The notes beneath the pieces are model-generated. The model saw only the letters and a list, made by a program, of their open reading frames with translations. It was not told the DNA's origin and searched no databases. 64,000 bases of DNA from sequence record MK327936.1, one strand, 5' to 3'. This document shows, piece by piece, positions 29,765 through 40,455 of this stretch. The position numbers were made by a program, and so were the translations under genes. Position 1 is the first letter of the stretch. Every line of letters starts with the position of its first letter. This stretch comes from Escherichia phage vB_EcoM_G2540.

Positions 29765-29782
29765 AAGGGGCCGAAGCCCCTT
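29765..29782 (-). terminator. intrinsic terminator after regA
   Basis: ggggc-cgaa-gcccc hairpin directly 3' of the regA stop. Confidence 0.55.
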
Positions 29783-29784
29783 GC

Positions 29785-30153
29785 TTAATTACCAATCGTA
29801 TATTTAGGAACGAGTTTCCATTCATGTTTTTGTTTAAAAGAAATAACTCGGAAGTTATTAGTTAAATCTTTCATAAAAGTTCTTTGACCAGGAACGATTT
29901 CAATCAGTCCCCAATCTTCTAATAGCCATGCAATCGAATCACGACGAACTTCATCTTCTTCTGTCATTTCAACTTGGCGACCATCCATACGAAGCATTTC
30001 TTTAAAATGAACGATATAGTATAGTCCTTTTTTCTGAAGAATATGACAGGACTGATACAGAACTTTATCTTTATTATTAGCAATTCCCATACGAGTCAAA
30101 GTTTCTTTTACTTTCAGAAAATCTTCAGGTTTTTTAAGAGTAATTTCAATCAT
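29785..30153 (-). CDS. regA: translational repressor RegA, 122 aa
   Basis: 122 aa as in T4; position between 62 and 43. Confidence 0.8.
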   Translation of the reverse strand: MIEITLKKPEDFLKVKETLTRMGIANNKDKVLYQSCHILQKKGLYYIVHFKEMLRMDGRQVEMTEEDEVRRDSIAWLLEDWGLIEIVPGQRTFMKDLTNNFRVISFKQKHEWKLVPKYTIGN

Positions 30154-30154
30154 T

Positions 30155-30718
30155 TTACCATTCCAATGCTAGTTTTTTGAGTTGTTTCTGTTCTTTTACG
30201 TTCTTAGTCACTTCTTTCAAAAAATCATCCGTGACTAATCCTTTAAGTTCTTTTAATACTAAAGGTAGTTTTCCATTTTTAGTAAGAATTGATTTATAGT
30301 TAATTGCATCATTTGTATTAACTTGATACCGCTTAGCAAGTAACTTAATAATCAATACTTCGGTGGAATCTTCAACTAGTTTTGCCCATTTACCATATCT
30401 TTTACCACGAGGAACTGCAGCCATTAGATAATTAAAATGAGCTTCATCACTTAAACCTGATCCAATTAAATTCATAGCATATACAGCTGGCATGCACTCT
30501 GGAAATTGTGATAATGCATTTTCAACCATGAATTTTGAATAATCCTTTTGAGCAATAGAGCATTTAGTTTTATTATTAATAGCTCCAATTATTTCAAAAA
30601 ATTCATTTTCAGCTTTTTCTTTAAAAGAATCAGCAGCGGATTGGACAGCTGTCCAATCTTTTGAATACCAAGCAACTTGATGCTCGTTTAATTGAATATC
30701 ATCTTCAAATAAGCTCAT
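30155..30718 (-). CDS. 62: clamp loader small subunit gp62, 187 aa
   Basis: 187 aa as in T4; synteny with gene 44. Confidence 0.8.
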   Translation of the reverse strand: MSLFEDDIQLNEHQVAWYSKDWTAVQSAADSFKEKAENEFFEIIGAINNKTKCSIAQKDYSKFMVENALSQFPECMPAVYAMNLIGSGLSDEAHFNYLMAAVPRGKRYGKWAKLVEDSTEVLIIKLLAKRYQVNTNDAINYKSILTKNGKLPLVLKELKGLVTDDFLKEVTKNVKEQKQLKKLALEW

Positions 30719-30719
30719 A

Positions 30720-31679
30720 TCACTTCCACTGCATTTCGCATGCTAATTGAATGAAAAGATAAGCTAAATGTAATTCAGTATTAGCTGCAATACCATGATA
30801 CTGATTATTTTCACCGACAATTTCGTACATACGAATAATACTCTGTGGTGTTACACGTGAATAGATTTCTTCGGCAAGTTTACCAATAAACCAAGAATAA
30901 TCTGCTGCATATTTTGGTGCTAAAGCTCTGAGTTGTTTAACATCTTTATTTTTGAGAGACTCAAGAACATCATCAATAGCACCACGATCGTTAGTAACCA
31001 GTGATAAAATACCAGCATCCAAAACACCTTTAGATGAATAACTATCGAGTTCGCCAATAGTTTTACGAAAATCAGGAAAATTCTTTTTAACCAAAGCTGC
31101 TACAACTTTCATATCAGCTATAGCAATTCCTTCATGCTTGCAGATTTCAGTCAATCGACGAATCATCTGCTTCATCATTTCAATTTTATCTTCATCAGTC
31201 GGTTGACCGAATGTAATAACTCGGCAGCGTGACTGAAGCGGTTTAATAATACCATCAATATTGTTAGCAGTAATAATAATACTACAGTTTGAACTATAAG
31301 CTTCCATAAAGGAACGAAGATGTCGCTGAGACTCTGCTAACCCTGAGCGGTCAAATTCATCAATAACGATTACTTTTTGACGACCATCAAATGAAGCTGC
31401 ACTAGCAAAATTAGTCAAAGGACCACGAACGAAATCAATTTTACAATCTGAACCATTCACAAACATCATATCAGCATTTACATCATGACACAATGCTTTT
31501 GCTACAGTTGTTTTACCTGTTCCTGGAGAAGGAGAATGAAGAATAATATGTGGAATCTTACCTTTACTTGTAATAGATTTAAAGGTTTCTTTATCAAAGG
31601 CGGGAAGAATACATTCATCGATAGTAGATGGACGATATTTCTGTTCAAGAATGTGTTCTTTTTCATTTACGGTAATCAT
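30720..31679 (-). CDS. 44: clamp loader ATPase gp44 (AAA+), ~319 aa
   Basis: Walker [11 protein letters not shown]; start placed at [17 protein letters not shown] (T4 length 319). Confidence 0.85.
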   Translation of the reverse strand: MITVNEKEHILEQKYRPSTIDECILPAFDKETFKSITSKGKIPHIILHSPSPGTGKTTVAKALCHDVNADMMFVNGSDCKIDFVRGPLTNFASAASFDGRQKVIVIDEFDRSGLAESQRHLRSFMEAYSSNCSIIITANNIDGIIKPLQSRCRVITFGQPTDEDKIEMMKQMIRRLTEICKHEGIAIADMKVVAALVKKNFPDFRKTIGELDSYSSKGVLDAGILSLVTNDRGAIDDVLESLKNKDVKQLRALAPKYAADYSWFIGKLAEEIYSRVTPQSIIRMYEIVGENNQYHGIAANTELHLAYLFIQLACEMQWK

Positions 31680-31711
31680 AATTTCCTCATTCAAGTTTTA
31701 GTGTAAATTAT

Positions 31712-31729
31712 AAAGGGCCGAAGCCCTCT
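31712..31729 (-). terminator. intrinsic terminator after gene 45
   Basis: agggc-cgaa-gccct hairpin directly 3' of the gene 45 stop. Confidence 0.55.
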
Positions 31730-31730
31730 A

Positions 31731-32417
31731 TTAAAAATCGTGGGTAGAATCAGCTTCAAGAGCTACCACATAATTCGCGTGTTCACCTTCAAATTTAGCA
31801 GCACCTTGTTTACCTTTTGCCCAGAGCAGAAGTTTATAATTTCCTGGTTGCATTTTCATATTTGCCATATTGATAATGAAATTAAATGTGTTTTCACCAT
31901 CATAATCACCAAGAGTCAAAGAATATTTAACACGAGTCAAAGCAGAATCTTCTACTTTATTAAAACCGTTAATTACGATTTTACCTTCTTTTACTGTGAT
32001 AGCAATTGTATCAATCTGCAGACCGCGAGATACACGCAACAGCTGTTGAAGGTCTTCAGCTTTAATTTCGGTAACAACAGATGCTACCGGGAATGGAATT
32101 GGTTTATTAGGAGCAACTACTGTACTCGGATCGGCTGCTGGCCAAAAAATTGTTGAACGGGCATCAGCAATTTTAATATTTCCATCTTCTGACTGGGAAA
32201 TTTCTGCATCATCATTAACTAGAGACAGAATACCGAGAAAACCGTTCAAATCGTAAATTGCTACATCAAAATCAATAGTGTCAGAAATATTTGCTTCCGC
32301 GTAAGTTGTACCATTAACTGCGCGAGTCATAATAAATTGACCGGATTTAAGCATAATACCAGAGTTAATAGTAGCGAAATTTTTGAGCAGAGCAGTAGTA
32401 TCTTTAGACAGTTTCAT
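31731..32417 (-). CDS. 45: sliding clamp gp45, 228 aa
   Basis: 228 aa as in T4; synteny 45-44-62. Confidence 0.85.
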   Translation of the reverse strand: MKLSKDTTALLKNFATINSGIMLKSGQFIMTRAVNGTTYAEANISDTIDFDVAIYDLNGFLGILSLVNDDAEISQSEDGNIKIADARSTIFWPAADPSTVVAPNKPIPFPVASVVTEIKAEDLQQLLRVSRGLQIDTIAITVKEGKIVINGFNKVEDSALTRVKYSLTLGDYDGENTFNFIINMANMKMQPGNYKLLLWAKGKQGAAKFEGEHANYVVALEADSTHDF

Positions 32418-32440
32418 GTAATTTCCTTCAATTCAAATGA

Positions 32441-32473
32441 GATTTAATTTTATAACTAATTTAATAAAGCAAT
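32441..32473 (-). promoter_or_regulatory. candidate MotA-dependent middle promoter for gene 45
   Basis: MotA-box-like TTGCTTTAT (plus aaagcaa 32466-32472) ~50 bp upstream of gene 45 with an A/T-rich -10. Confidence 0.35.
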
Positions 32474-32862
32474 TAACGATTAAAATCAGCCGCAATTGTT
32501 TCCGCAACAATTTGAGCAGCAACAATTAGACGTTCATCTGCATTACCGCAATAATCATCTTCAAGACGTTCACCACATGAAGTCATAATAAATTTAGCAC
32601 CGGCGTTTAGGGATTCTGTAGTATGTTTGCGCATTAGTTCAATCCATTTATTACTTACTTCACGATCGATAGCTTCATAATACGCATGACGAGCAGGTGC
32701 AGATTTAATTTTGTTCTGAATAACTTCCATTGCGTTATCAGAAAGAGACAAAACCCATGCTCGACGAATTTTATTTTGGTTTTGTGGATTTGATTCAGAA
32801 CGCACGTGTTTTGGCTGAATATCTTTTACATCAACAGTATAATTCACAGTAATTTTAGTCAT
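32473..32862 (-). CDS. rpbA: RNA polymerase-binding protein RpbA, 129 aa
   Basis: 129 aa as in T4; synteny upstream of gene 45. Confidence 0.7.
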
Positions 32863-32871
32863 AATACACCT

Positions 32872-33063
32872 TTAGTCATAATAATCAGTAACAGTCCAAG
32901 CTTCATTTCTATTGGACATTATTTTTGTATATTCTGCTTTAAATGCATTCCTAAGCATAGATTCAGTAACTATATGCTCTTCATTAGAAAAATTATTTCT
33001 CAGAATATATCGTTTTATTTCAGGAATAGTTAATAGATGCTGTCCGGTTGAATATTCTGCCAC
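32872..33063 (-). CDS. small conserved protein (45.2 position), 63 aa
   Basis: size and position. Confidence 0.5.
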   Translation of the reverse strand: MAEYSTGQHLLTIPEIKRYILRNNFSNEEHIVTESMLRNAFKAEYTKIMSNRNEAWTVTDYYD

Positions 33064-33073
33064 AGTTCCTCCG

Positions 33074-33081
33074 TATAAATA
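33074..33081 (+). promoter_or_regulatory. late promoter TATAAATA on the plus strand
   Basis: exact TATAAATA at 33074-33081, 34 bp upstream of the HNH ORF start, followed by an AAAGGA Shine-Dalgarno. Confidence 0.55.
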
Positions 33082-33114
33082 TGTTTATCACTCGCTGTAT
33101 CAAAAGGATATGTT

Positions 33115-33831
33115 ATGAATTATAAACTAATTTATGAAAAGTTAATCTCTAATGCTAAATCTCGAAAACTTGATTGTTATACTGAATCTCATCACATTAT
33201 ACCACGCTGTTTAAATGGCAGCGATGATGCTTCAAACTTAGTAGATTTAACACCAGAAGAGCACTATGTAGCTCATCAACTTTTAGTAAAAATTTATCCT
33301 TCTGAACCAAAATTAGTCTATGCTGCTAACATGATGACAGTTTCTACGAAATACGCTAAACGCAACAATAAAACTTTCGGTTGGATTCGTCGTAAACTCT
33401 GGGAAATAGAAAAGAATAAAGAATTCTCCCAGGAGACACGAAAGAAAATGTCTGATGCAGTAGCTAATAAAGCAAGACTAACTTGTCCTCATTGCGGTAA
33501 GTCTGGATTAAGCGGGAATATGAATCGTTGGCATTTTGATAACTGCCCAAATCACCCTAATCCTAAAGTTAGACCACCAATGTCTAAAGAACACAGAAAT
33601 AATATCTCAAACGGGCTTAAAGCAATCGTTCTTGAAGAAACATCCTGCGAATTCTGCGGAATGATAGGCAAGAAATGCGTTATCGCAGCGCATAGAAATT
33701 TCTGCAAGAAAAATCCAAATGGACGCAAGAAAACTGAAAAGACTGGTACTTGCGTCCATTGTGGTAAAGTTACCACTTTCGGAAATTTATCAAGATGGCA
33801 TAATGATAACTGTAAATATAAACTTAGCTAA
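33115..33831 (+). mobile_element. free-standing HNH homing endonuclease, 238 aa, with three C-terminal zinc-ribbon repeats
   Basis: HNH motif ESHHIIPRCLNGSDDASNLVDLTPEEHYVAHQ; three Cys-rich repeats (CPHCGK...RWHFDNC, CEFCG...AAHRNFC, CVHCGK...RWHNDNC); opposite strand to neighbours. Confidence 0.8.
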
Positions 33832-35512
33832 TCTTAGCTAAACTAAATCTACCAACTTTTTCCATCTGAATATGCTGACCATATTCTTGTGGGTCATGGT
33901 CTTTATGTGAAATTATGAAGAAGTTGGTATCCTTCAAACCATCTAAAATTTTAGCTACATTTTTAATACCTTCAGCATCAAATGCACCGTCATACACTTC
34001 ATCAAGAAATAAACAACTTATTTTAACACCTGAAACTTTTTCAGCAATATCACGCCAAGTAAATAAAAGAGCAATATCAATTCGTGCTTTTTCACCTTGA
34101 CTGAATGAAGCATAACTAAAATCTTCACGACCACGGGATTTAATTGTCTCATTAAATTCTTCATCTAATGTAAACACATAATCCGCTTCCATTATTTTAA
34201 GATAATGGTTAATCTGCTTATTAAATAATGGAATGTACTTTTTAATAATAGCACCTTTAATACCAGAATCTTTGAGCATATCAGTCAAAATTCCTCGGTG
34301 GTATTTTTCCATTACTAAATTAGTTTTTGTCTTAACAATTTTATCAAGTTCTTCTTGAAGCAGTGCTATTTCATCAGCATGGTCAATAAACTCAGAAGAT
34401 GCTTTTTCTATAGCCGCTTTAACTTTTTTAGCTTTATCTACCGTCGTGATTAGAGATTGCTTTTTATTGCGAATATCATTTGCCAGCGACTGCTGGGTTT
34501 TAATATTATCTCGGTATTCATCAACAAGAACTTTTAAATTATCACGATGTGTTGAAAGCTGTTCAAACGAATGCGTGCATTCAGAAACTTTATCTTTAAT
34601 TTTAGAAACAACTTTATCACCGGAACTTAATTGTGACAAACAGGTTGGACATAATCCACCTTCGTGATACATATTAATGACTTTATTATATGAGTCAATT
34701 TTTGATTTAATTAAAACTGCTTCTTGACCGATTTTATTAAATGCATCAGTCGGGTCTTCATCCAAAACAATATTAACTAATCTTTCATTAGCTTCTTCTA
34801 TTTCCGATTTTAGCGTTCTAGCTTCTTTTGCCAAATCATCGTACATATTTTGCAGACGAGTAAGGTTGTCACCCGTTAATTTTTTCTGGCGTTCAACGTT
34901 ATCATTATATATTTTAATTTGTTGGATAATACTATCTTTTTTAACATCAAGCACTTGGTTCTGCGAATTTAATTCACGTATTAGTGCTTTATTAAGCTTA
35001 TCCATTTCAGCTAATGTTCCTACCTCGAGCAGGTCTTCCACAAGCTTTCTTCGCGCAGGGGTCGACAAACCCATGAAAGGGGTATACCCTGCTGTACCAA
35101 GGACAACAATCTGCTTGAAACTGGCATATGACATTCCGATAAGCTGTTCAAATTCTGCTTGGAAATCTTTACTGCTGGCAGATTCATTAAGACGTGTACC
35201 GTTAACGGTGATTTCGAAAACGTTTGGTTTTTGTCCTCTTTTGATATAGTACTTTTTCTCATCATATTCCATCCACAGTTCAACTAAAAGTTCTTTCTTA
35301 TTTGTGCTGTTTATTAATTGACCTTTCTTTACATCACGGAATGGCTTGCCAAAAAGCCCAAATGTGATGGCTTCTAACATAGTAGACTTACCACCGCCAT
35401 TTCGTCCAGTAATAAGAGTTTTTTGAACCTTATCTAATTGAATGTCAATAGGATTTCCACCTACTGACATTATATTTTGATACCTAACTCGGTTTAGTTT
35501 AAAATTCTTCAC
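33824..35512 (-). CDS. 46: recombination nuclease subunit gp46 (Rad50/SbcC-like ATPase), 562 aa
   Basis: Walker A GRNGGGKST, long coiled-coil middle, signature/Walker B at C-terminus; T4 length ~560. Confidence 0.85.
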   Translation of the reverse strand: MKNFKLNRVRYQNIMSVGGNPIDIQLDKVQKTLITGRNGGGKSTMLEAITFGLFGKPFRDVKKGQLINSTNKKELLVELWMEYDEKKYYIKRGQKPNVFEITVNGTRLNESASSKDFQAEFEQLIGMSYASFKQIVVLGTAGYTPFMGLSTPARRKLVEDLLEVGTLAEMDKLNKALIRELNSQNQVLDVKKDSIIQQIKIYNDNVERQKKLTGDNLTRLQNMYDDLAKEARTLKSEIEEANERLVNIVLDEDPTDAFNKIGQEAVLIKSKIDSYNKVINMYHEGGLCPTCLSQLSSGDKVVSKIKDKVSECTHSFEQLSTHRDNLKVLVDEYRDNIKTQQSLANDIRNKKQSLITTVDKAKKVKAAIEKASSEFIDHADEIALLQEELDKIVKTKTNLVMEKYHRGILTDMLKDSGIKGAIIKKYIPLFNKQINHYLKIMEADYVFTLDEEFNETIKSRGREDFSYASFSQGEKARIDIALLFTWRDIAEKVSGVKISCLFLDEVYDGAFDAEGIKNVAKILDGLKDTNFFIISHKDHDPQEYGQHIQMEKVGRFSLAKIS

Positions 35513-35772
35513 AAAAGATTCCTTTTAATGTATCTTTTAGACCATTCTATCATATCATCATAATCTAAAAAGTATTCATCAAATTCAGCCATGCAAACAA
35601 CACCTTGTGCTGCTTTTGATGTGATATAAATTATTCCAACATATCTAGAATCTTCTTCGGTATAATCAATATTTGCTATGAATTCATCATTAATGTCAAA
35701 TGTCGAAAACTTCACAGTATGCATCCTTAATACAAGATACAGCCATATCTTGTAATGATTTAGGTGTGTCAT
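35509..35772 (-). CDS. small hypothetical protein (46.1 position)
   Basis: 87-aa ORF between 47 and 46. Confidence 0.4.
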   Translation of the reverse strand: MTHLNHYKIWLYLVLRMHTVKFSTFDINDEFIANIDYTEEDSRYVGIIYITSKAAQGVVCMAEFDEYFLDYDDMIEWSKRYIKRNLL

Positions 35773-35959
35773 TATCTAAAATGTTGAAGTTAAAAGATAC
35801 AGCCCAGTCAGTGCAGACCGTAACCTTTTTAATACAATTATCTTCAACCTCTAACGGTTCAAACCAATATTCAATAATTTCTTTATGACCAATATCATCT
35901 TTTACTTCGCATTCAAAATGCTGACTCATCATAACATTTTTAAATTCATCAAAAGTCAT
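35696..35959 (-). CDS. small hypothetical protein (46.2 position)
   Basis: 87-aa ORF overlapping the previous one; start uncertain. Confidence 0.4.
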   Translation of the reverse strand: MTFDEFKNVMMSQHFECEVKDDIGHKEIIEYWFEPLEVEDNCIKKVTVCTDWAVSFNFNILDNDTPKSLQDMAVSCIKDAYCEVFDI

Positions 35960-36975
35960 TGTGTTGCCTCTACATATAACTGATTTGCATATTGAATAAG
36001 TGCTTCACGGTCAGAATCAGTGATGTCTGGAATTGCATTAATGTATTCTTCCATCAACGTCTGAAGAGATTGAACTTCAACTTCTTCACTTTCATCTGAC
36101 TCGACAGAGTTATCAATCTTTGACACAACTCGTAATGAATGCACAACTTTTTCTAGTTCAGATTCGAACTTCGTTAGATTTTTGTCTACTTCAGTTACTA
36201 TAACACGTACTGATAGATTTGTAAAATCTTTATAGTCAATTTTTCCTTTAAATGGATAATGAATTCTGCGATGCCAAGTAGTGTTGTTTGGAATAAATTC
36301 CATTCGTTCTGTTTCTGTATCAAACATCCAGAACCCGCGAGGGTCATTCTCGTCACCTGCAGTTAGTGTCCATGGTGTCCCAATATATCTGACATTTGCA
36401 GCCTCAGAGATAGTATGGAAGTGACCAGACCACACTTCTTTATAAGTCTTAAGGAAATCAGGTTCAAGACCGTGAGATTTCATTCCTTTATAAAAATAAA
36501 ATCCATTCAGTTCCCAGTGACCAACACAAAAAGAAGCAGATGAAGTTTTGATGTGTTCAAGAATTTCACCAGTATTTTCTTCGCACATCCAAGGAATCAA
36601 ATCAATCAAACATCCGTCAAAATCTACTGTAGTAGGCTTATCATATACTTTAACATTAGGATATTTAGCCAAAAGCTCAGTAGAGGCATTTGGATGCATT
36701 ACATTTTTGTAGTGGAGATCGTGATTTCCTACAATAGTATGTAATGTGATTCCAGCGTCATCAAGCATTTGAACTATTTCACGGGCAAACTCCATAGTTT
36801 TATGCGTGATTGCTTTTCGCACATCAAAAATATCACCATATTGAATCCATACAGTAATTCCATTTTTCTTAGAATATTCTATCGCTTGCTTAATTCCATC
36901 AATTTGAATACCGCGAATCCACTCATCATCAGCTTTAACGCCTAAATGCCAATCACCCAAGTTTAGTATTTTCAT
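35956..36975 (-). CDS. 47: recombination nuclease subunit gp47 (Mre11/SbcD-like), 339 aa
   Basis: 339 aa as in T4; phosphoesterase motifs (LGDWHLG, GNHD). Confidence 0.85.
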   Translation of the reverse strand: MKILNLGDWHLGVKADDEWIRGIQIDGIKQAIEYSKKNGITVWIQYGDIFDVRKAITHKTMEFAREIVQMLDDAGITLHTIVGNHDLHYKNVMHPNASTELLAKYPNVKVYDKPTTVDFDGCLIDLIPWMCEENTGEILEHIKTSSASFCVGHWELNGFYFYKGMKSHGLEPDFLKTYKEVWSGHFHTISEAANVRYIGTPWTLTAGDENDPRGFWMFDTETERMEFIPNNTTWHRRIHYPFKGKIDYKDFTNLSVRVIVTEVDKNLTKFESELEKVVHSLRVVSKIDNSVESDESEEVEVQSLQTLMEEYINAIPDITDSDREALIQYANQLYVEATQ

Positions 36976-37576
36976 GGTGTCTTTTCCATCCTAATTTAGC
37001 TGCTTTTGAAACCAGTTCTTTAATTTTTCCTTTTGTCCATTCAGGACCAGGAGGTTCATGACATAACATTTGCTTAACTCCGTTATTATACCATTTTTTA
37101 CCTTTATTATGTGATGAAGCTTTAAATTTATTTGACCTTCCTTTTACATAACCTTCTGGAATATAAGGCAAAAAGGCAGATTTTCCTGTTAATGGATCAT
37201 GTGAATGTATATTTCCTTTACAATTATGAGAACCATATAATGGATGATTTTGTCCTTTATTATCTCTTCCAAATGAACCTTTTGGAGCAGCATATGACAT
37301 ATTAAAGAATAATGGATTTTTAACTGCATCATGCAATCGTTGATAATATAACTCGCATTTAATAGCTTCTTCACGCGTATCAAATTCAGCTAAAATGCAT
37401 GAATCAAATAAGTGAGGATTATCTGAAAGCTCTTTATTATAAATTTTCTTATACTTTTTAGATAAAACTGAACCATGATATCCAGCTAAATGCCTATCTA
37501 AAGACGTAGATCCAATATAAAAAGGAGGAAGTTTATCTCCACTATATATTGTTAAATAAGTTATATATTTTTTCAT
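36953..37576 (-). mobile_element. GIY-YIG (Seg-like) homing endonuclease, 207 aa
   Basis: GIY-YIG module YITYLTIY...FYIGSTS with downstream Arg and Glu; basic C-terminal region; 3' end overlaps the gene 47 start by 23 nt. Confidence 0.7.
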
Positions 37577-37736
37577 ATATCAAGAACCGTCATTGAAATG
37601 CAAAATAAAATTATTGAAATAAACCCATCTGGTGTGCTAAAGAACCCAATCCAACATGCTTTAGTGAATAGATAAAATGCAAGAAAAAGTATCACATATC
37701 CAAGAAATATCATTATATCAAACTCCGTATAAAGCT

Positions 37737-37754
37737 AAAGGGCCGAAGCCCTTT
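37737..37754 (-). terminator. intrinsic terminator after alpha-gt
   Basis: aaaggg-ccgaa-gcccttt hairpin overlapping/adjacent to the alpha-gt stop. Confidence 0.5.
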
Positions 37755-38955
37755 ATTTTGTAATAATGTCAAACTGTTCTTTAAAGCAGAAGCTTGAATC
37801 TTGATGCTGATACAAAAATTCATATGCTTTTTCACGCTCACGGTCATAAAGAGCTCGGTCAGATGACAGTTCTTTAATACGTTCAAATGTTGATTCCATA
37901 TCATTTTCATCAAACCAAATGATACCGCTATCATGCGAGGTCAAAGGAGTATTATCAACACGGAATTTTAAATTTTCGCCAGTAGATTTCCAAAATACCG
38001 GAATTGTTCCACATGCACCAAGCTCGAGATGAGTATATTCTAAAGAGCGCTGTAGATATTTTTTATCCAACTTACTCAACTGATAACCAAATCCGGATTT
38101 ACTCATACGTTCAAGCATTTCGCTATTTACATAACGATCGAGAATTTGCGTTGGTAAATTAGGAGCAATTTTAATTTGGTCTACTTGATGAAGACGATAA
38201 TACTCGTATGGAATTCCTTTTTCTTTAATAGGAATGAACGCTGGAGAACGTTCCAGACCTTCCATAATAGTACTTAGTCCTGCAGGTTTAAGATGTTTTT
38301 CGTGAAAATCAAACATCTGATAAAAACCTTTCCATGTAGTCGTACGACCAATCCAACGGTTGACATTCATGTTAATTTCAGAAACATCTTTCCAGTAGGT
38401 TGACCGAACCTTCGCAATATCCATAGGAGGCTGAAAGTTATATACGGTCGGCGCTTCTTCAATATCATCAAACAGAGAAACAGTTTCTGGATACCATTCT
38501 TTCATCAGAACTTTATTAAAATCACCATTATCAGAATGGCTAAAAATAACATCAGCTCGACGAACAGTTTCTTCTAATCCCAAATTTCGACGCAAAGAAA
38601 GAGAAGAATGGTCATGTTGATAAACTACAACACGAACCGAAGGTTTAATGTTATCAATAATTTTTTTATAGTTATTAATAGTGTCTTCTTCAACTGAAGT
38701 AGCAGGAACTGAATTGATAATTAGAATATCACAATCATTTACCAGCTTAAGTGTTTTATCGTATTCTTTTGCCAATAAAACCGGAATTGAAAATGATTTA
38801 TAATCATGCGCACAGTTACGAGTAAATGATTTATCTTTGGCATAAACCAAAGTTACTTCATGACCATTTTTAATAAACCAATCACGTTGCTCGAGTGAGA
38901 ATTTTGTTACACCACAACCTTCAAGACCTCGAGCCATAAAAATACATACTTTCAT
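37753..38955 (-). CDS. agt: DNA alpha-glucosyltransferase, 400 aa
   Basis: 400 aa; N-terminus M.VCIFMARGLEGCGVTKFSLEQRDWFIKNGHEVTLVYAKDKSF closely matches recalled T4 alpha-gt. Confidence 0.85.
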   Translation of the reverse strand: MKVCIFMARGLEGCGVTKFSLEQRDWFIKNGHEVTLVYAKDKSFTRNCAHDYKSFSIPVLLAKEYDKTLKLVNDCDILIINSVPATSVEEDTINNYKKIIDNIKPSVRVVVYQHDHSSLSLRRNLGLEETVRRADVIFSHSDNGDFNKVLMKEWYPETVSLFDDIEEAPTVYNFQPPMDIAKVRSTYWKDVSEINMNVNRWIGRTTTWKGFYQMFDFHEKHLKPAGLSTIMEGLERSPAFIPIKEKGIPYEYYRLHQVDQIKIAPNLPTQILDRYVNSEMLERMSKSGFGYQLSKLDKKYLQRSLEYTHLELGACGTIPVFWKSTGENLKFRVDNTPLTSHDSGIIWFDENDMESTFERIKELSSDRALYDREREKAYEFLYQHQDSSFCFKEQFDIITK

Positions 38956-39004
38956 TTAATATCCTCTTTGTTTTGGTTTATTTTACCAAAAATTTATAAA
39001 GCAA

Positions 39005-39024
39005 TATAGGAGCCGAAGCTCCTA
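39005..39024 (-). terminator. intrinsic terminator
   Basis: ataggagc-cgaa-gctcctat hairpin upstream of alpha-gt. Confidence 0.5.
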
Positions 39025-39198
39025 TCCGCATAATACGCCATACAAAGGCTCATTAGAACTTCTAAATTTTATGCGCTTATATGTTATAGTTCCTTCTGCT
39101 TTAGCTTTATCATAAGACTCTTTAAAGCGTCTCATCATTTCCTCTTTAGAGGAACGAATTTTATTATAATCTATTTCAGAAGTCTGGATGTTCATCTT

Positions 39199-39405
39199 TC
39201 ATAACTGCCACCATTTTTTGACTTGATAAGAATCAACCCACACTTTCATATTAGGGTCTGCTCTTACAATAGGAGGATTAACTTCTTTAATTGAACTATC
39301 ATGGTATTCTTTTTCAGAAATTTTCACACAAAGATGACCATTCAAAGATTCAGTAAATCCTGCATTAATTTTAAGACGCTTGAATTTTACGTGTGTAAGC
39401 ATCAA
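39199..39405 (-). CDS. small hypothetical protein, 68 aa
   Basis: ORF in the 55/alpha-gt interval. Confidence 0.35.
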   Translation of the reverse strand: MMLTHVKFKRLKINAGFTESLNGHLCVKISEKEYHDSSIKEVNPPIVRADPNMKVWVDSYQVKKWWQL

Positions 39406-39688
39406 TCATATCCTCAATTTGCGATCTAGTAGTCTTCCAAAGAATACTGATGAGTTCATCGTTATATGGCTGTTTTAGAATATCCCGACTTTTCTTGATA
39501 GCATATTCGTATTGAGCAAAATTATTATTTTCAGCCGCAATCTGAGCATACTTATAAAGACGATTCAGTTCGCGTTTGTTTTTAGACAATAACTTATTTG
39601 CTTTTCTTTCTGCTTCAAGACGGTTCTTTTCTTCAATAGAAGAAATAAGCTTTTCCACTTCATCATTAATTTCGGGTTTATCAGTCAT
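39371..39688 (-). CDS. hypothetical protein, 105 aa
   Basis: ORF; helical, charged. Confidence 0.4.
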   Translation of the reverse strand: MTDKPEINDEVEKLISSIEEKNRLEAERKANKLLSKNKRELNRLYKYAQIAAENNNFAQYEYAIKKSRDILKQPYNDELISILWKTTRSQIEDMIDAYTRKIQAS

Positions 39689-39689
39689 A

Positions 39690-39908
39690 TTATTTCTCTA
39701 ATATAAAATAAAAATCATCATCTGTTAAATGATACCTGTAATTTAATTCTACACCATTAGATTTAAAAGCGGTATCATACGGATTTTCTGGATCAATATC
39801 AATGTCAAGAGCTAAAACTTCCCTGAGATACATTTTAAGTAAATAGGGAATAGCTTCAACTTCAGGTATTTCTTCCAAGAATCCGGAGAGGTTAATCGTT
39901 AGCCTCAT
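39690..39908 (-). CDS. small hypothetical protein, 72 aa
   Basis: ORF directly downstream of gene 55. Confidence 0.4.
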
Positions 39909-40455
39909 ATAAAAAATCCAAACTAGGAGAATCGTCTACAACACTTTTCTTTTCAGCCCCCGGTGTTCTATAGGTTGATTCTTCGTAATGCGTCATTTTA
40001 TCGTAGATGTCTTGAATAAAAGTTTCATCTACTAACGCAACCATATCGTCGTCACGGCTGTCATAGACATTGTGAACGAAGTAACTATATTTCTTTGCAA
40101 CTTCCTTACGTTCTTTTTTAATACGTTGGACGAATGCATTAAAACAAGCTTGAGTTATATACGCATGTGGGTTTTTATATTTCGTTTCATCAAAATTATG
40201 AAGCCCCTTAATAGAAGCTTCTATACCATCTGCAATCATTTCTTGTTTCCAAGACTGGGTGTATCCTGAAAAGTTGAAACGTTTAGATAAGCCTTCTGCA
40301 ATAAGCATAATGGCTAATCCGATAGTATCATTTTGACGAACTACTTTATTTGGGTCTTTATTATTTGCTAATTCTGTTTTCCAATCAATAATAGCTTGTA
40401 AAAGCTCTTTATTGTTTACGTAATTATATTTAGGCTTAGTTTCTGACATTTTCAC
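39892..40455 (-). CDS. 55: late-transcription sigma factor gp55, ~187 aa
   Basis: size (T4 185 aa) and N-terminus [26 protein letters not shown]... Confidence 0.8.

Noticed and set aside
37713-37934. 73-aa minus-strand ORF overlapping the 3' end of alpha-gt, and the similar 37189..37383 ORF inside the GIY-YIG gene
   Set aside because: Alternative frames of confidently called genes; the first is also occupied by the alpha-gt terminator hairpin.
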